Positions 30,077 through 41,825 are shown, counted from the stretch's first letter. The stretch is 64,000 nt of DNA from an uncultured Chroococcidiopsis sp. (GCA_964248365.1 CAXTYC010000027.1:8623-72622), one strand, 5' to 3'. Translations and numbers: made by a program. Notes: a model not told the origin generated them from the letters alone.

Positions 30077-30469
30077 ATGCGTGACTTTAGAGGGCTAAAA
30101 ACCATAAAATCTTTAGGATTAGAGTTTTGGCTACCCTTACCTTTGTTAGGAATCCTTTTCTGGATGTGTGGTGGATTAGTAACAAACTATCTTTTGAGCC
30201 GCTCCTATTACAATAATGAGCAACTACAAGTTAACACTCAAATTAAAGAAAAACCAGCAAAAGTAGTTTTAGCAATTAAAGTAGAAATCAACTATAAGCT
30301 AGGTATTTCTAAAGTACAAGTCAAGACAGCTAATTCAACACTCAAACAGTTAGAATTTGAATTCTATGTTACAGATTTTAGTCAAATTGAAGCAGCAATT
30401 AGCCGCGAACTAGGATTATCTCTTGAACAAGTCAGGCAGTTAGTGCATTATCAAATCAATTACAGTTGA
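30077..30469 (+). CDS. Hypothetical single-TM protein divergent from the two-component pair
   Basis: LEFWLPLPLLG TM segment, 130 aa. Confidence 0.75.
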   Translation: MRDFRGLKTIKSLGLEFWLPLPLLGILFWMCGGLVTNYLLSRSYYNNEQLQVNTQIKEKPAKVVLAIKVEINYKLGISKVQVKTANSTLKQLEFEFYVTDFSQIEAAISRELGLSLEQVRQLVHYQINYS

Positions 30470-30666
30470 ATAAAAGATGAGCGAGTAGGGTGGGCAATGG
30501 CCACTCCTTCTGATAATGGTGGGCATGGGTGGCAAACTATGAATTTCACTTTGTTTATAGCTTTTTTGATCTTTAGTATGAGAACGTGTCAATTGTATTA
30601 CTACTCGCTACAAGCTAAAAGCTAAAAGCTAACAGCTATTAGCTTTTATCAAAGGACAAAAACCAA

Positions 30667-32250
30667 ATGGCAAATATACTTAGACAGCCATGCGATGAAG
30701 GAGTAATCCGGTCTAAGCCATGTATTCAACCTTGTAGCCGCAACCTCCGACCTTGGATATTGGCAGCAACGATCCTTGGCTCCAGCATGGCTATGATAGA
30801 CGGTACGGTCGTGAATGTAGCGCTGCCAGCACTGCAAGCGGCACTGAATGCAACAGCTGCTGATGTACAGTGGATTGTTGAATCTTATGCGCTGTTTCTC
30901 GCCGCCCTGATTCTGGTTGGTGGTTCTTTAGGCGATCGCTTTGGACGGCGACGAATCTTTGGTTACGGTGTAGCACTATTTGCCGCTGCTTCGGTGTCGT
31001 GCGGTTTAGCTGCTAATGTGCATCAACTAATCTACGCTCGTGCCATTCAAGGAGTTGGGGGAGCTTTACTAGTACCTGGCTCTCTAGCAATCATTAGCGC
31101 CGCTTTTAACCCTGAACAACGGGGAAAAGCTATTGGTACTTGGTCAGGCTTTACAGGTATTACCTCTGCCTTGGGACCAGTATTAGGAGGTTGGCTAGTT
31201 GAAAATGCTTCCTGGCGTTGGATTTTTTTTCTGAATGTCCCCCTAGCTGCGATCGTGCTTGGTATTCTATATTGGCGTGTACCAGAAAGCCACGACGAAG
31301 ATGCGAAGAAGTTGGACTGGTGGGGGGCGATGTTGGTAACGCTTGGTTTGGGAACTTTGGTCTACGGGCTAATTGAATCATCTCATTTAACCTGGACTCA
31401 CCCAAGAGTAATCAGTGCCGTAGTAGTGAGTATTTTGGCACTGGTGACATTTATCTTCCTAGAAGCTAAAAACCCAGCACCAATGATGCCTCCCAGTTTA
31501 TTTCGCTCTCGCACCTTTAGCGGAGCAAACTTACTCACACTCCTGCTTTACACAGCCTTGAGCGGTATCCTATTCTTTTTTCCTTTTAATTTGATCCAAG
31601 TGCAGGGTTACTCAGCTACGGCTGCTGGTGCGGCGTTCTTACCATTTATTTTAATTATGTTCTTGCTTTCCCGTTGGTCAGGTGGGTTAGTTAGTCGCTA
31701 TGGTTCTCAACGCCCGTTAACCTTTGGTCCAATTATTGCTGCTATTGGGCTGGCTTTATTTGCTTTTCCTGAAATTGGCGGTAGTTACTGGACAACCTTT
31801 TTCCCCGCAGTCGTCGTACTCGGTTTGGGTATGGCAATGACAGTCGCGCCACTGACAACTACGGTGATGGGTGCGGTGAGTGAACGCCAAGCCGGAATTG
31901 CTTCGGGTATCAACAATGCTGTTGCTAGAACTGCAGGATTGTTGTCAATTGCAATTTTAAGTATTGTGGTAGTACGGGCTTTTAACTCCAATCTAGATCG
32001 CCGCTTGGCTACGCTGACGTTACCGCCTGGGGTACAACAATTGCTAGATGCCCAACGGATTAAACTAGCTGGGGCAGAGATTCCTGCTAATCTTAGCCCA
32101 GATTTGGCAACAGCTCTACGCCGTGCGATCGCCCTTTCTTTTGTCGATAGTTTTCGTCTAGTTATTCTAATTGCCGTCATGCTAGCCTTAGCAAGTGCGC
32201 TAATTGCCTTTGTAATGCTCAAGCGTCAGCCATCAGATCATGGGACTTGA
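30667..32250 (+). CDS. MFS transporter, DHA2 (14-TM) type
   Basis: DGTVVNVALP, GSLGDRFGRRR, GPVLGG, WRWIFFLNVP. Confidence 0.93.
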   Translation: MANILRQPCDEGVIRSKPCIQPCSRNLRPWILAATILGSSMAMIDGTVVNVALPALQAALNATAADVQWIVESYALFLAALILVGGSLGDRFGRRRIFGYGVALFAAASVSCGLAANVHQLIYARAIQGVGGALLVPGSLAIISAAFNPEQRGKAIGTWSGFTGITSALGPVLGGWLVENASWRWIFFLNVPLAAIVLGILYWRVPESHDEDAKKLDWWGAMLVTLGLGTLVYGLIESSHLTWTHPRVISAVVVSILALVTFIFLEAKNPAPMMPPSLFRSRTFSGANLLTLLLYTALSGILFFFPFNLIQVQGYSATAAGAAFLPFILIMFLLSRWSGGLVSRYGSQRPLTFGPIIAAIGLALFAFPEIGGSYWTTFFPAVVVLGLGMAMTVAPLTTTVMGAVSERQAGIASGINNAVARTAGLLSIAILSIVVVRAFNSNLDRRLATLTLPPGVQQLLDAQRIKLAGAEIPANLSPDLATALRRAIALSFVDSFRLVILIAVMLALASALIAFVMLKRQPSDHGT

Positions 32251-32472
32251 AACTTTTTTAGGTATAAGTTTTTTGGCGCTGGACAAAGAAAGAATGTTAA
32301 TGTCACGCCAAGACGCAAAGGCGCTAAGTAAAACAAAGAAGATTATCTGTGGGGTTTTAAATTTGCAAGATTTACAAAAGTAATCGAAAATCTAAAATCT
32401 AAAATCGTAAAGTCCTGTGATCTGGGTAGCCCAAGCAACATATACTAAACACGGCATCTAGTAGTTATTAAT

Positions 32473-33183
32473 ATGACCGCAGCAGCAGATCCAGTTAAGT
32501 TAATGAAACAGGAAGTGGGCAAAGAAGCCGCTAACCTTGTCAAATCAAATTCTATTGTTGGATTAGGTACAGGATCGACCACTGCCTATACTATTCAGTT
32601 TTTAGGCGATCGCCTTAAGTCTGGTGAATTAAAAGATATTGTTGGTATACCTACATCGTTTCAAGCAGAGGTACTAGCCAAACAGTACGGCATTCCTTTA
32701 ACTACATTGGATGCAGTCGATCACATTGATATCGCAATTGATGGCGCAGATGAAGTCGATCCGCAAAAGAATTTAATCAAAGGCGGCGGTGCAGCACATA
32801 CCCGCGAAAAAATTGTAGACTACCTTGCCGATCAATTTATTGTAGTTGTGGATAGTTCTAAGCTAGTAGAGCGGTTAGGTTCCAGCTTTCCCGTCCCAGT
32901 CGAAGTAATACCAATGGCGATCGCGCCAGTCATGCGGGCAATTGAAAAACTCGGAGGCAAACCCGAACTACGCATGGGAGTCAAAAAAGCTGGACCAGTC
33001 ATCACTGACCAAGGAAATATGGTTGTCGATGTCAAATTTGACACCATTGATCAGCCTGCCGAACTCGAAAAAACACTCAATAACATTCCAGGTGTCTTAG
33101 AAAACGGTATATTCGTCGGTCATACCGATTTAGTGCTAATTGGCGAAGTCCAAAACGAACAGCCCATCGTCCGCCAAATGTAA
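32473..33183 (+). CDS. rpiA: Ribose-5-phosphate isomerase A
   Basis: GLGTGST, DGADE, KGGGAA, REKIV. Confidence 0.97.
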   Translation: MTAAADPVKLMKQEVGKEAANLVKSNSIVGLGTGSTTAYTIQFLGDRLKSGELKDIVGIPTSFQAEVLAKQYGIPLTTLDAVDHIDIAIDGADEVDPQKNLIKGGGAAHTREKIVDYLADQFIVVVDSSKLVERLGSSFPVPVEVIPMAIAPVMRAIEKLGGKPELRMGVKKAGPVITDQGNMVVDVKFDTIDQPAELEKTLNNIPGVLENGIFVGHTDLVLIGEVQNEQPIVRQM

Positions 33184-33338
33184 ACAAAACAGTTAACAGT
33201 AGGGTGCGTTAGGCACTTAAGCTACTGTATTCTCATTAGTAAATGATGATCTGCCGGAACGCACCGTACAAAAATAGCAACTTTAGATTTTAGATTAGAA
33301 GTGAATCCAAGGCTCCAAAATCTAAAATCCAAAATTCA

Positions 33339-34523
33339 GTGATGCAATACCGACGATTTGGTCGCACAGAATTACTCATGCCAGTGTTTTCTTGTGGCGG
33401 AATGCGCTATCAGTTTAAGTGGCAGGATGTGCCAGCATGGCTAATTCCTCAGCACAATCAACAAAATCTAGAAGCCACGATCCGAAGATCAATAGAAGTA
33501 GGCATTAACCACATTGAAACTGCGCGTGGTTATGGTACTTCTGAACTTCAGTTAGGGCGGATTCTGCCTCTTTTACCCCGTGACCAAATTATTGTTCAGA
33601 CTAAAATTAGTCCCAGCCCAGCTCCGAAAGAGTTTCGGCGCAAATTTGATGTGTCTCTACGCAATCTCCGACTTGATTATATAGATTTGTTGGGGTTGCA
33701 TGGCATCAACAACAAGGAGACAATGCACCAGAGTATTCGTCCTGGTGGCTGTTTAGACGTAGCCAAGCAACTGCAAGCACAAGGAAAAGTTAGATTTATC
33801 GGCTTTTCCACTCATGGAGCCACAGATACTATTGTGCAGGCGATCGCTACCGATTGTTTCGATTACGTTAATCTACATTGGTACTACATCAATCAAAATA
33901 ACTGGGCTGCGATTGAAGCTGCCCAATGTCATGATATGGGAGTGTTTATTATCAGTCCTACCGATAAAGGCGGAATGCTTTACAAGCCGCCACAAAAGTT
34001 AGTAGAACTGTGTGCGCCCCTTAGCCCGATAGTATTTAATAATCTATTCTGTCTAAGTGACTCGCAAGTACATACTCTCAGCATCGGTGCATCCTGTCCC
34101 CAGGATTTTGACGAACACCTGAAAACTTTGGAATTGTTGGATCGATCTGATGAAATATTACCGCCAATTTTGGCACGGCTAGAACAAGCAGCGATCGCGG
34201 CTTTGGGAGAAGATTGGGTAAAAACATGGCATATCGGTTTACCCAAGTATGACGAAACACCTGGCAATGTAAATATTCCTGTGATTTTGTGGCTGAGAAA
34301 TCTAGCGATCGCTTACGATTTGACTGAATATGCCAAAATGCGCTACAACCTTTTGGGTAGTGGCGGTCACTGGTTCCCTGGTAATAATGCAGCACAAGTA
34401 AGTAAACTCGATCTGGGACAAAGTCTCATTCATAGTCCCCATGCAGACAAAATTCCAGCTAGACTAGAACACGCTCACCAGTTATTAGCATCTCAAGCTG
34501 TCAAACGCCTTTCTCAACAATGA
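33339..34523 (+). CDS. Aldo/keto reductase
   Basis: [28 protein letters not shown]. Confidence 0.92.
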   Translation: MMQYRRFGRTELLMPVFSCGGMRYQFKWQDVPAWLIPQHNQQNLEATIRRSIEVGINHIETARGYGTSELQLGRILPLLPRDQIIVQTKISPSPAPKEFRRKFDVSLRNLRLDYIDLLGLHGINNKETMHQSIRPGGCLDVAKQLQAQGKVRFIGFSTHGATDTIVQAIATDCFDYVNLHWYYINQNNWAAIEAAQCHDMGVFIISPTDKGGMLYKPPQKLVELCAPLSPIVFNNLFCLSDSQVHTLSIGASCPQDFDEHLKTLELLDRSDEILPPILARLEQAAIAALGEDWVKTWHIGLPKYDETPGNVNIPVILWLRNLAIAYDLTEYAKMRYNLLGSGGHWFPGNNAAQVSKLDLGQSLIHSPHADKIPARLEHAHQLLASQAVKRLSQQ

Positions 34524-34661
34524 AAAATAGGGGGTTGCAGCAATTGAGGTATGATTTCGGATGTACCAATGTAGCCCTTCTACGTCTGTTCTGGATTTAC
34601 CCTGCTTGGCAGTGTATTAATATATTTAGAAAAAATACCGCGTGTGTTGAGGCTATCCTCA

Positions 34662-34907
34662 ATGGATGACAAACATTTCCATAATGTAGATCCCGATGTT
34701 CTGAAGAAGATTACGGTTAACGATATCCTCACAGGTGATAAAATTACGCCAGTTCAAATTGACTATTCTGTTCAAGTACCAACCCGAAATCAGAGTTTGC
34801 CTCGCTTGAGTAAGAAAGCATCGTTATATCCTCGGTGGGGTGGCTTGGATTATGCATCACTACCAGAATTAGATCCTGGTTATCGTGGTCGCCTTGGCGG
34901 TTGTTAG
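34662..34907 (+). CDS. Possible small hypothetical protein (81 aa)
   Basis: Open frame with protein-like composition in the gap before sodA; no family recognised. Confidence 0.4.
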   Translation: MDDKHFHNVDPDVLKKITVNDILTGDKITPVQIDYSVQVPTRNQSLPRLSKKASLYPRWGGLDYASLPELDPGYRGRLGGC

Positions 34908-35233
34908 GTAGCGGTTTATACCAAAACTTTCTTTTCAACCGCCAGAGGATGAAATGCTGTGAGTAATAGTCAAGAGGGAGTAGGGAACCCATGCTTAAAA
35001 GCACGGGATTGAGATAAGGACACTTTATGTCTCGGTACGTAGTGCGAGACATAATTCTTTGTCTAAAGTGGGCAAGTGACCCACAACTGAAGTTTTTTTG
35101 TTTTTCCCCACTCCCTACTCCCTTCTTCGGTCAAAAGCGATCGCAGTTTTTTACCAATTTTGTATGTTTTTTTATCTGGTACCTGAGAATATGAAAACTG
35201 TCAACTGACATAATTTAAGTAGACAGTAATCTT

Positions 35234-35980
35234 ATGAGTCTCAATCGTCGCAATTTTCTGTTTTTAATTGGAGCAAGTGCGGGTGTATATGCCTTAGATA
35301 CTTACCGTTCTTCTATTGTGCTAGGTGACACCTTAACCGCACAGACTCCTAAACAAAGTGGAACGTTTGAATTACCGCCTTTGCCCTACGCTTATAATGC
35401 CTTAGAGCCGCACATTGATGCTCAAACAATGCGGTTTCACCATGACAGACATCATGCAACCTATGTCAAAAACCTGAATGCAGCAATCGAGAAACATCCA
35501 CAACTTAAAGGTAGAAGTGTTGAACAACTGCTGCAAGATTTAAATAGTGTACCAGAAGATATTCGGACAACCGTTCGGAATAATGGTGGTGGTCATGTAA
35601 ACCACAGTATGTTTTGGCGGATTATGAGTCCCAAAGGTGGCGGGCAACCAACGGGTGCGATCGCTTCTATAATTAATCAAAACTGGGGCAGCTTTGACAA
35701 ATTCAAAACTCAGTTCAACCAAGCAGGTGAAAAACGCTTTGGTAGCGGCTGGGCGTGGCTAGTTCGTACCCGTGACGGTAAATATCAAATCACAAGCACC
35801 CCCAATCAGGATAGCCCATTAATGGAGGGTAGCTATCCAATTATGGGTAACGACGTATGGGAACACGCTTACTATCTCAAGTATAAAAACCGTCGTGCTG
35901 ATTATCTAAAAGCTTGGTGGAATGTTGTTAACTGGAATGAGGTTAACCAGCGTTTAGCGCAAGCAACTAAATCAGCTTAA
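35234..35980 (+). CDS. sodA: Mn superoxide dismutase with twin-arginine signal
   Basis: NRRNFL Tat motif; [26 protein letters not shown] (Mn-type signature). Confidence 0.93.
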   Translation: MSLNRRNFLFLIGASAGVYALDTYRSSIVLGDTLTAQTPKQSGTFELPPLPYAYNALEPHIDAQTMRFHHDRHHATYVKNLNAAIEKHPQLKGRSVEQLLQDLNSVPEDIRTTVRNNGGGHVNHSMFWRIMSPKGGGQPTGAIASIINQNWGSFDKFKTQFNQAGEKRFGSGWAWLVRTRDGKYQITSTPNQDSPLMEGSYPIMGNDVWEHAYYLKYKNRRADYLKAWWNVVNWNEVNQRLAQATKSA

Positions 35981-36166
35981 ACTCAGTCACCAGTGACCAG
36001 TTACCAATTGGTCACTGGTGACTGATGATGCGATCGCCTGCAAAACGGGTGGCTAACCATAGTTACTTAAGATACTTCAAATGTCCTTTGGTTGCTGCTA
36101 AACTACATCAAGAGTAAAACTATACTGGCTCGTTAAACATTATTTTATTTTAATCTACCATCCTGC

Positions 36167-37927
36167 TTGCAAGTCAAATTAAATAAACCTAAATTTAATA
36201 TGTTAGGAAAAACTGTTGTAAGTAACAGAAAAAACTACTCACTAAAAGCTATCTTTTGGGTTTTAGCTATATTTTTAGGCGCTCTTCAAGTTGGCGCTAA
36301 TTTTTATATTCAAACTGCCGATGACATCATTGCTTATTTAGATATTGGTGAGGCTTACTTTCGAGGTGACTGGGATACAGCTATTAATGCGTATTGGAGT
36401 CCTCTTTACTCTTGGATACTAGGGCTGACTTTAGCTGTCTTTAAGCCTTCTAGTTACTGGGAGTTTCCCTTAGTTAAAATCATCAACTTTTTAATTTATT
36501 TGTTTGCTTTAGTTTGGTTTGAATTTTTTCTGCGCGAGTTGATATTTTATTACAACCATAAACTTGCAAAAGAAGGACGAAATAGGGCTTTTAAGATACC
36601 AAGTTGGGTATGGATAGTGTGTGGCTACACCCTATTTATTTTTTCTTCGTTGCAATGGATAGGTGTCTATAGTGACAGCCCCGATATGTTGGTGGCAGCG
36701 TTTGTATATATAGCTACTGGTTTAATATTACGCATATCTAGGCATTCTGATAGCTGGTTGAACTTCCTGATTTTAGGAACAGTGCTTGGATTGGGTTATT
36801 TATCCAAAGCAGTTATGTTCCCGCTAGGTTTTGTCTTTTTAGTAGTTAGCTTGTTTTCAGCAAAAAATCTCCGCCAAGCATTACCAAAAGCATTAGCGGC
36901 ATTGCTAGTTTTTACTATTATAGTAACTCCTTTTATTGCGACAATTTCTACAGCGAAGAACCGCCTAACTTTTGGCGACACTGGAAAGTTAAATTATGAA
37001 TGGTTAGTAACCAATGAAGTTATACCTTATAGGTTTTGGCAAGGTAAAGAACCTGGTCATGGTATCCCCAAACATCCGGTTAGACAAATTTTTGATAATC
37101 CTAAAGTTTTTGAATTTGAGAAATCAGGAGGTGGTACATATTCTCCTTGGCATGATCCATCTTACTGGTATGAAGGGCTTGTATACAAATTCAGTTTGAA
37201 AAGACAACTAATAATTATAGGAAAAAATAGCATTTTTTATTACAAACAATTTATTGGAATTTTAATATTTGCTTACTTAATACTGGTTTGCGTCAGCGGC
37301 AGGTTTTGGCTTTCAATAAAAAACTTAATAGGAAATTGGATATTAATCATTCCAGCAGCAGCAGGCTTAGGTATATATATGTTAGTGATTGATATGCCTA
37401 CTGCATTCCAGCCCACAAGGTACATTGCTCCCTTTATTGTGCTGTTGTTTGCTGGAGTGTTTACCAGTGTGCGTCTTCCTAATTCCCCAGAATCGAAAAG
37501 ACTGATAGCTGGAATGTCTATTGCTACTTTAGTAATAATCAGTAGTCAGGTGTTTGGACAGGCTGCAAAAAATTTACGAACTGTATTAAGTGGTTCACAG
37601 CAGCATATTGAGTGGGAAGCTGCACAGAGTTTGCAACAGTTAGGGCTTCGCCCTGGAGAAAAAGTTGCCGTTCTGGGACAATATTTAGCGCCTCATTATC
37701 ATTGGGCTAGATTAGCACGAGTCAAAATTGTTGCAGAAGTTTTTGATGAAAAAAGCTTCTGGGAAGCAGATCCTGTTATCCGAGCTGAAATTCTCAGACG
37801 TATAAAGAATACTGGAGTAAAAGCGATTGTACAAAGACCTGGGTTTAAGATCCCCAATGGGGCTATTGCACCAGGTTGGAGAAAAGTGGGGAACACTGAC
37901 TACTATGCCTATTTCTTCAATAAGTAA
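36167..37927 (+). CDS. Polytopic membrane protein, probable GT-C (PMT/ArnT-like) glycosyltransferase
   Basis: DD..AYLD and YWSPLYS in the first loop, SPD, GLGYLSK, many TM segments; AT-rich; start may be ATG 36199. Confidence 0.7.
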   Translation: MQVKLNKPKFNMLGKTVVSNRKNYSLKAIFWVLAIFLGALQVGANFYIQTADDIIAYLDIGEAYFRGDWDTAINAYWSPLYSWILGLTLAVFKPSSYWEFPLVKIINFLIYLFALVWFEFFLRELIFYYNHKLAKEGRNRAFKIPSWVWIVCGYTLFIFSSLQWIGVYSDSPDMLVAAFVYIATGLILRISRHSDSWLNFLILGTVLGLGYLSKAVMFPLGFVFLVVSLFSAKNLRQALPKALAALLVFTIIVTPFIATISTAKNRLTFGDTGKLNYEWLVTNEVIPYRFWQGKEPGHGIPKHPVRQIFDNPKVFEFEKSGGGTYSPWHDPSYWYEGLVYKFSLKRQLIIIGKNSIFYYKQFIGILIFAYLILVCVSGRFWLSIKNLIGNWILIIPAAAGLGIYMLVIDMPTAFQPTRYIAPFIVLLFAGVFTSVRLPNSPESKRLIAGMSIATLVIISSQVFGQAAKNLRTVLSGSQQHIEWEAAQSLQQLGLRPGEKVAVLGQYLAPHYHWARLARVKIVAEVFDEKSFWEADPVIRAEILRRIKNTGVKAIVQRPGFKIPNGAIAPGWRKVGNTDYYAYFFNK

Positions 37928-37961
37928 TTTTGCTAAACCTATTGCCTAGCAAGCATTTTAC

Positions 37962-38735
37962 TTAACGAGTATGTAAATAAACGCAATGACGAATGCTATT
38001 ACTTATAGGAGTTGTAAACCCTTGGATTGTCTCAATTAAACCACCCAAGTTTTTGGCTGTATTTTCTAAGGTTTCTGTCTCCTGTGTTGTCCAATTACCC
38101 CGATAAAGTACTGCTAAACCTCCTGGCTTGAGTAAAGGTAAGGCATATTCAGCACAAACAGAGGCAGAACCTACAGCTCTAATTAGTGCAACATCGTAAG
38201 CTTGCTTATGTTGGAATTCCTTGTTTACAATTTCTGCTCTGCCAAGTACAGTATTAGCATTTTGAATGTTCAGTTCGGCTATTAAGGTATTGAGGAAAGT
38301 AACTTTCTTGCGAACTGAATCGAGGAGAGTTACTTGGGCATGAGGTAAAGCGATCGCAACGGGAATACCAGGAAATCCTGCTCCTGTTCCAATATCAATT
38401 ATTTTTCTGGTAGTTGGTAATTGGTGAAAGGCGAGAGGCAAGAGGCGAGAGGCAAGAGGTAAGTTCTCACAGGGCAACGCCTGCTCAAAATGCTCCCCCT
38501 GCTTTTTTCCTCGCCCCTCCAACAAAGGCGCAATTCCCCGCAAGGAATCCCACAAGTGTTTTTCCCAAAATTCTAGGGGTTGAGTGATGCGAGTTAAATT
38601 TAGTGTTTGGTTAGCTTGTATTATTAATTCATAAAGACGCTGAAATAGAAACTGTTGCTCAGCGTTGGGTTGCCAATTCAAGCTTTGCTGCCATAAATCC
38701 GCCATTTGGGGCAGCTGCGGTATATTATCAAGCAT
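37962..38735 (-). CDS. rsmG: 16S rRNA m7G527 methyltransferase
   Basis: NLTRI, KHLWDSL, IDIGTGAGFPG, GRAE, RAVG. Confidence 0.95.
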   Translation of the reverse strand: MLDNIPQLPQMADLWQQSLNWQPNAEQQFLFQRLYELIIQANQTLNLTRITQPLEFWEKHLWDSLRGIAPLLEGRGKKQGEHFEQALPCENLPLASRLLPLAFHQLPTTRKIIDIGTGAGFPGIPVAIALPHAQVTLLDSVRKKVTFLNTLIAELNIQNANTVLGRAEIVNKEFQHKQAYDVALIRAVGSASVCAEYALPLLKPGGLAVLYRGNWTTQETETLENTAKNLGGLIETIQGFTTPISNSIRHCVYLHTR

Positions 38736-38742
38736 CTTTCAC

Positions 38743-39399
38743 TCAGGCTACACGAGGCTCAACAGGGTAAGGTGTAGTGGGAAACAGTTCACCTTGTTTG
38801 ATTGTCCAACATCTATCAGCGATCGCTAACAAGTCCCCAGCATCATGAGTCACGACTAAAAGCGTCCAATGCTGTTTGAGTTTCGCCAATAAATTCACTA
38901 ATTGACGGCGCATCGACCAGTCTAACCCCGCAGTTGGTTCATCCAATAGCAATAAATGCGGTTGACGAATTAGCTGTACTGCTAAAGCCAAACGACGCTG
39001 TTGACCTCCACTTAATGCATAGGGTGATGTATGTAACGGTATATTTTCTAACCCCACTTCTAGCAAAGCTTGTTTGACTCGTTCTGGTCCCAACTCTGGA
39101 TGTCCTAACCGTAGTTCTTCTAAAATGGTATTACCACAGAAATGACGCTCAGGAAACTGAAATACTAAACCTGCCAATTGTTGCAAATAATCAGGGGTCA
39201 ATTCCTGCTCCCGCCAGCAAACGTTACCAGATGTGCCTGCAACCAGTCCAGATAGAATTTCTAATAGAGTACTTTTACCAGAGCCACTAGGACCAATAAC
39301 TAGCCCCAGTTGTTGTGGCGCTAATTCTAAGTTGATAGATTTTAAAATGGCTGTAGGGGTAGCTGGAGGGTGATAACTTAGATTTTTGAGATATAGCAT
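38743..39399 (-). CDS. ABC/ECF-type ATP-binding protein
   Basis: GPSGSGKST, VFQFPE, LSGGQ, LLLDEPT. Confidence 0.92.
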   Translation of the reverse strand: MLYLKNLSYHPPATPTAILKSINLELAPQQLGLVIGPSGSGKSTLLEILSGLVAGTSGNVCWREQELTPDYLQQLAGLVFQFPERHFCGNTILEELRLGHPELGPERVKQALLEVGLENIPLHTSPYALSGGQQRRLALAVQLIRQPHLLLLDEPTAGLDWSMRRQLVNLLAKLKQHWTLLVVTHDAGDLLAIADRCWTIKQGELFPTTPYPVEPRVA

Positions 39400-39544
39400 C
39401 CGTTAACAGTACCAGAAAAAGTTAATGTTCATTTAGTCAGTACCAAAAATCATTCTGCCTATATTCTGGCAAACAGATACTCTTACTGATAATGCGATCG
39501 CGGCAACTTAACACCAGCATTAACGTCAAATAATTACAGCGATT

Positions 39545-39680
39545 AGCTTTTAGCTTTTAGCTGTAACTGGTAGTTGGTAGTTGGTAGTTGGTAACTGATA
39601 ACTGATAACTGGTTCCTCTGGTTCCTCTGGTTCCTCTGGTTCCTGCAGGTAACTGATAACTGGTAACTGGTAACTGATAA
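39545..39680. repeat. Composite short tandem repeat tract (TTTTAGC, TGGTAGT, CTCTGGTTC, CTGRTAA)
   Basis: Directly visible tandem 7- and 9-mers. Confidence 0.85.
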
Positions 39681-39772
39681 CCGCTAATGATGACAGAAGT
39701 TTAATTGTTAAGCCATATTATTTACGACTTGTCAATCACCTACCAACGCGCTTGATTCTTTTGAGGAAAATA

Positions 39773-40699
39773 ATGAATCGTCGGTTTTGTGCTTCTAAAC
39801 AGCTGTTTGCTGGTATTGCTAGTGCTACTGCACTCACACTTAGCCTTTGGGTTAGCCCTACTCTTGCTCAAGATCCCTTTCGCGCCGCCCATCAACATAC
39901 GATTGGTGAAAAAACAGAAGCAGCCTTCAGAGCCATCTTTGAGCAGGGAGATTACATGATGGGGGAACGTTATCTAGAGCAAGCAGAAAGAACTGAACCA
40001 AAAGAACCATTGACTTATGCAATGAAGGCATCTCTAGCCTATGCTAATAATCAAGACTTCAATGCCCTAGAATCCTACGGTAAAAAAACTTTAGAAACTG
40101 CCCAGGAACTAATAAATACAGATCCCTTGCGTGGAAACTTGTATGCTGCTGTAGGTCATTTCTTACAAGGTGCTGCTGTTGTATCTCGTGAAGGTACTAT
40201 AAAAGGAACGCCCACAGCTTTATCCCAACTGCGTCAAGTTTACTCTTATCTAGATAGAGCAGAAGCCATTTCCCCTTCTGATCCAGAACTTAATTTAGTG
40301 CGGGGATATATGGATTTGATGCTTGCTGTCAATCTACCCTTTGCTAACCCAGAGACTGCGATCACTCGATTAGAAAAATTTGCTGGACCTAGATATCTAG
40401 CTTATCGTGGTCTTGCGCTGGGCTACCGCGATTTAAAACAGTATCCCCAAGCGATCGCCGCTGTAGATCAAGCTCTGCGCGCTACGGCTAACAACCCAGA
40501 GTTATACTATCTCAAAGGTCAAATCCTTTCGGCTCAAGGTAAACGGCAAAATAGCCAGCCGATTTTGCAGGAGGCTATCAAGAATTTTGATCTGGCGATC
40601 GCCAAAAAAGATCAACTTCCCGCTGATTTAGTCAAACAAATTGAACGGGAACGCGCAAAAGCCGCCCAACGCCTGAGCGTCGCTCAGCAGTCTAAATGA
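39773..40699 (+). CDS. Secreted TPR protein (Sll0314/Alr1548-like)
   Basis: Signal peptide TLA-QDPFR; DPLRGNLY, DPELNL.RGYMDLMLAVNLPF; SD gagg before ATG 39773. Confidence 0.85.
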   Translation: MNRRFCASKQLFAGIASATALTLSLWVSPTLAQDPFRAAHQHTIGEKTEAAFRAIFEQGDYMMGERYLEQAERTEPKEPLTYAMKASLAYANNQDFNALESYGKKTLETAQELINTDPLRGNLYAAVGHFLQGAAVVSREGTIKGTPTALSQLRQVYSYLDRAEAISPSDPELNLVRGYMDLMLAVNLPFANPETAITRLEKFAGPRYLAYRGLALGYRDLKQYPQAIAAVDQALRATANNPELYYLKGQILSAQGKRQNSQPILQEAIKNFDLAIAKKDQLPADLVKQIERERAKAAQRLSVAQQSK

Positions 40700-40926
40700 G
40701 GGGATCTGGGGGGCTAGAGGAACCAGGGGCAAAGGGGCTAGAAGGGGACAAGGGGACAAGGGGACAAGGGAAAGAATTAAATATTCTGTTTTGTGTCTTC
40801 ACAACTTCATAACTTCACAACTTCTGTCTCCTGACTTCTGTCGCCTGGCTCCTGACTTCACAATTTCACAGCTCGTGGCTTCAATCTTTCTGTATTATTA
40901 CTTTTATTCAATTGGTACAAAAATAG

Positions 40927-41382
40927 ATGAAAGTAGAGTTCCGCGAGTTTAACCAATTCGATTTATGGATTTGGATACAGTTTAGTACTGTTCCTTCTCA
41001 GGTTGAAAAGCAGTATGTTGAAGAGGTTTTTCGCTCCTGGTTTTATCTTGGTAAGCTGGGGGGATTTAATGCTGAAAATCTTCAGGTCCAAGAAGAGGGA
41101 TTGGATCTGAGCTATATGGAATATGATGAGCAAAGGGCTGACGAGAGCTTGATGTCACTCATGCACAATATGGGTGAGTTTGAATATTTAGGTACATGGG
41201 CGCGTTGCTGGTTTGACTTAGGAACGAGTGATGCGATCGCTCTGGATATTTTAATTAATGCCCTCAAACAATTGAGCCGAGAATACGTCACTATTGAATT
41301 GTTATATATTGGTGGAGAAAATGAGGACTGGGCAGTAGAAGACGACGACAGCAAATCTAGTTTTGTTTACGATGGGAAATAG
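40927..41382 (+). CDS. DUF3531 family protein
   Basis: SWFYLGKLGGFNAENLQ, MHNMGEFEY, WARCWFDLGTSD. Confidence 0.85.
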   Translation: MKVEFREFNQFDLWIWIQFSTVPSQVEKQYVEEVFRSWFYLGKLGGFNAENLQVQEEGLDLSYMEYDEQRADESLMSLMHNMGEFEYLGTWARCWFDLGTSDAIALDILINALKQLSREYVTIELLYIGGENEDWAVEDDDSKSSFVYDGK

Positions 41383-41390
41383 CAATCATA

Positions 41391-41825
41391 ATGCATAAAC
41401 AAGGTGAAATACGGGTTCTAGCCTTGGGAATAATTCGCCAAAGCGATCGCGTCTTTATTTCCGAAGGCTACGATCCGGTTAAGCAACAAACATTTTATCG
41501 AGCAATGGGCGGCGGTGTAGACTTTGGTGAAACTAGTCGCGAGGCTTTGCAACGAGAATTTCAAGAAGAAATCCAAGCAGAATTAACTAACATAAAATAC
41601 CTGGGCTGTATGGAAAACTTGTTTACTTTCAACGGTAAACCAGGTCATGAAATTCTATTTATTTATGAATGTGATTTTGTCGAGCCTAAATTTTATCAAT
41701 TAGAAGAGCTAACTTTTGCTGAAGGAGAGCGCAAAAAACGCGCACTTTGGGTAAACATTGACCGCTTTAAATCAGGTGAATTAAAATTAGTGCCTGAGCA
41801 GTTTTTTGAATACCTTGACTTTTAG
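41391..41825 (+). CDS. NUDIX hydrolase
   Basis: GGGVDFGETSREALQREFQEE Nudix box. Confidence 0.92.
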   Translation: MHKQGEIRVLALGIIRQSDRVFISEGYDPVKQQTFYRAMGGGVDFGETSREALQREFQEEIQAELTNIKYLGCMENLFTFNGKPGHEILFIYECDFVEPKFYQLEELTFAEGERKKRALWVNIDRFKSGELKLVPEQFFEYLDF

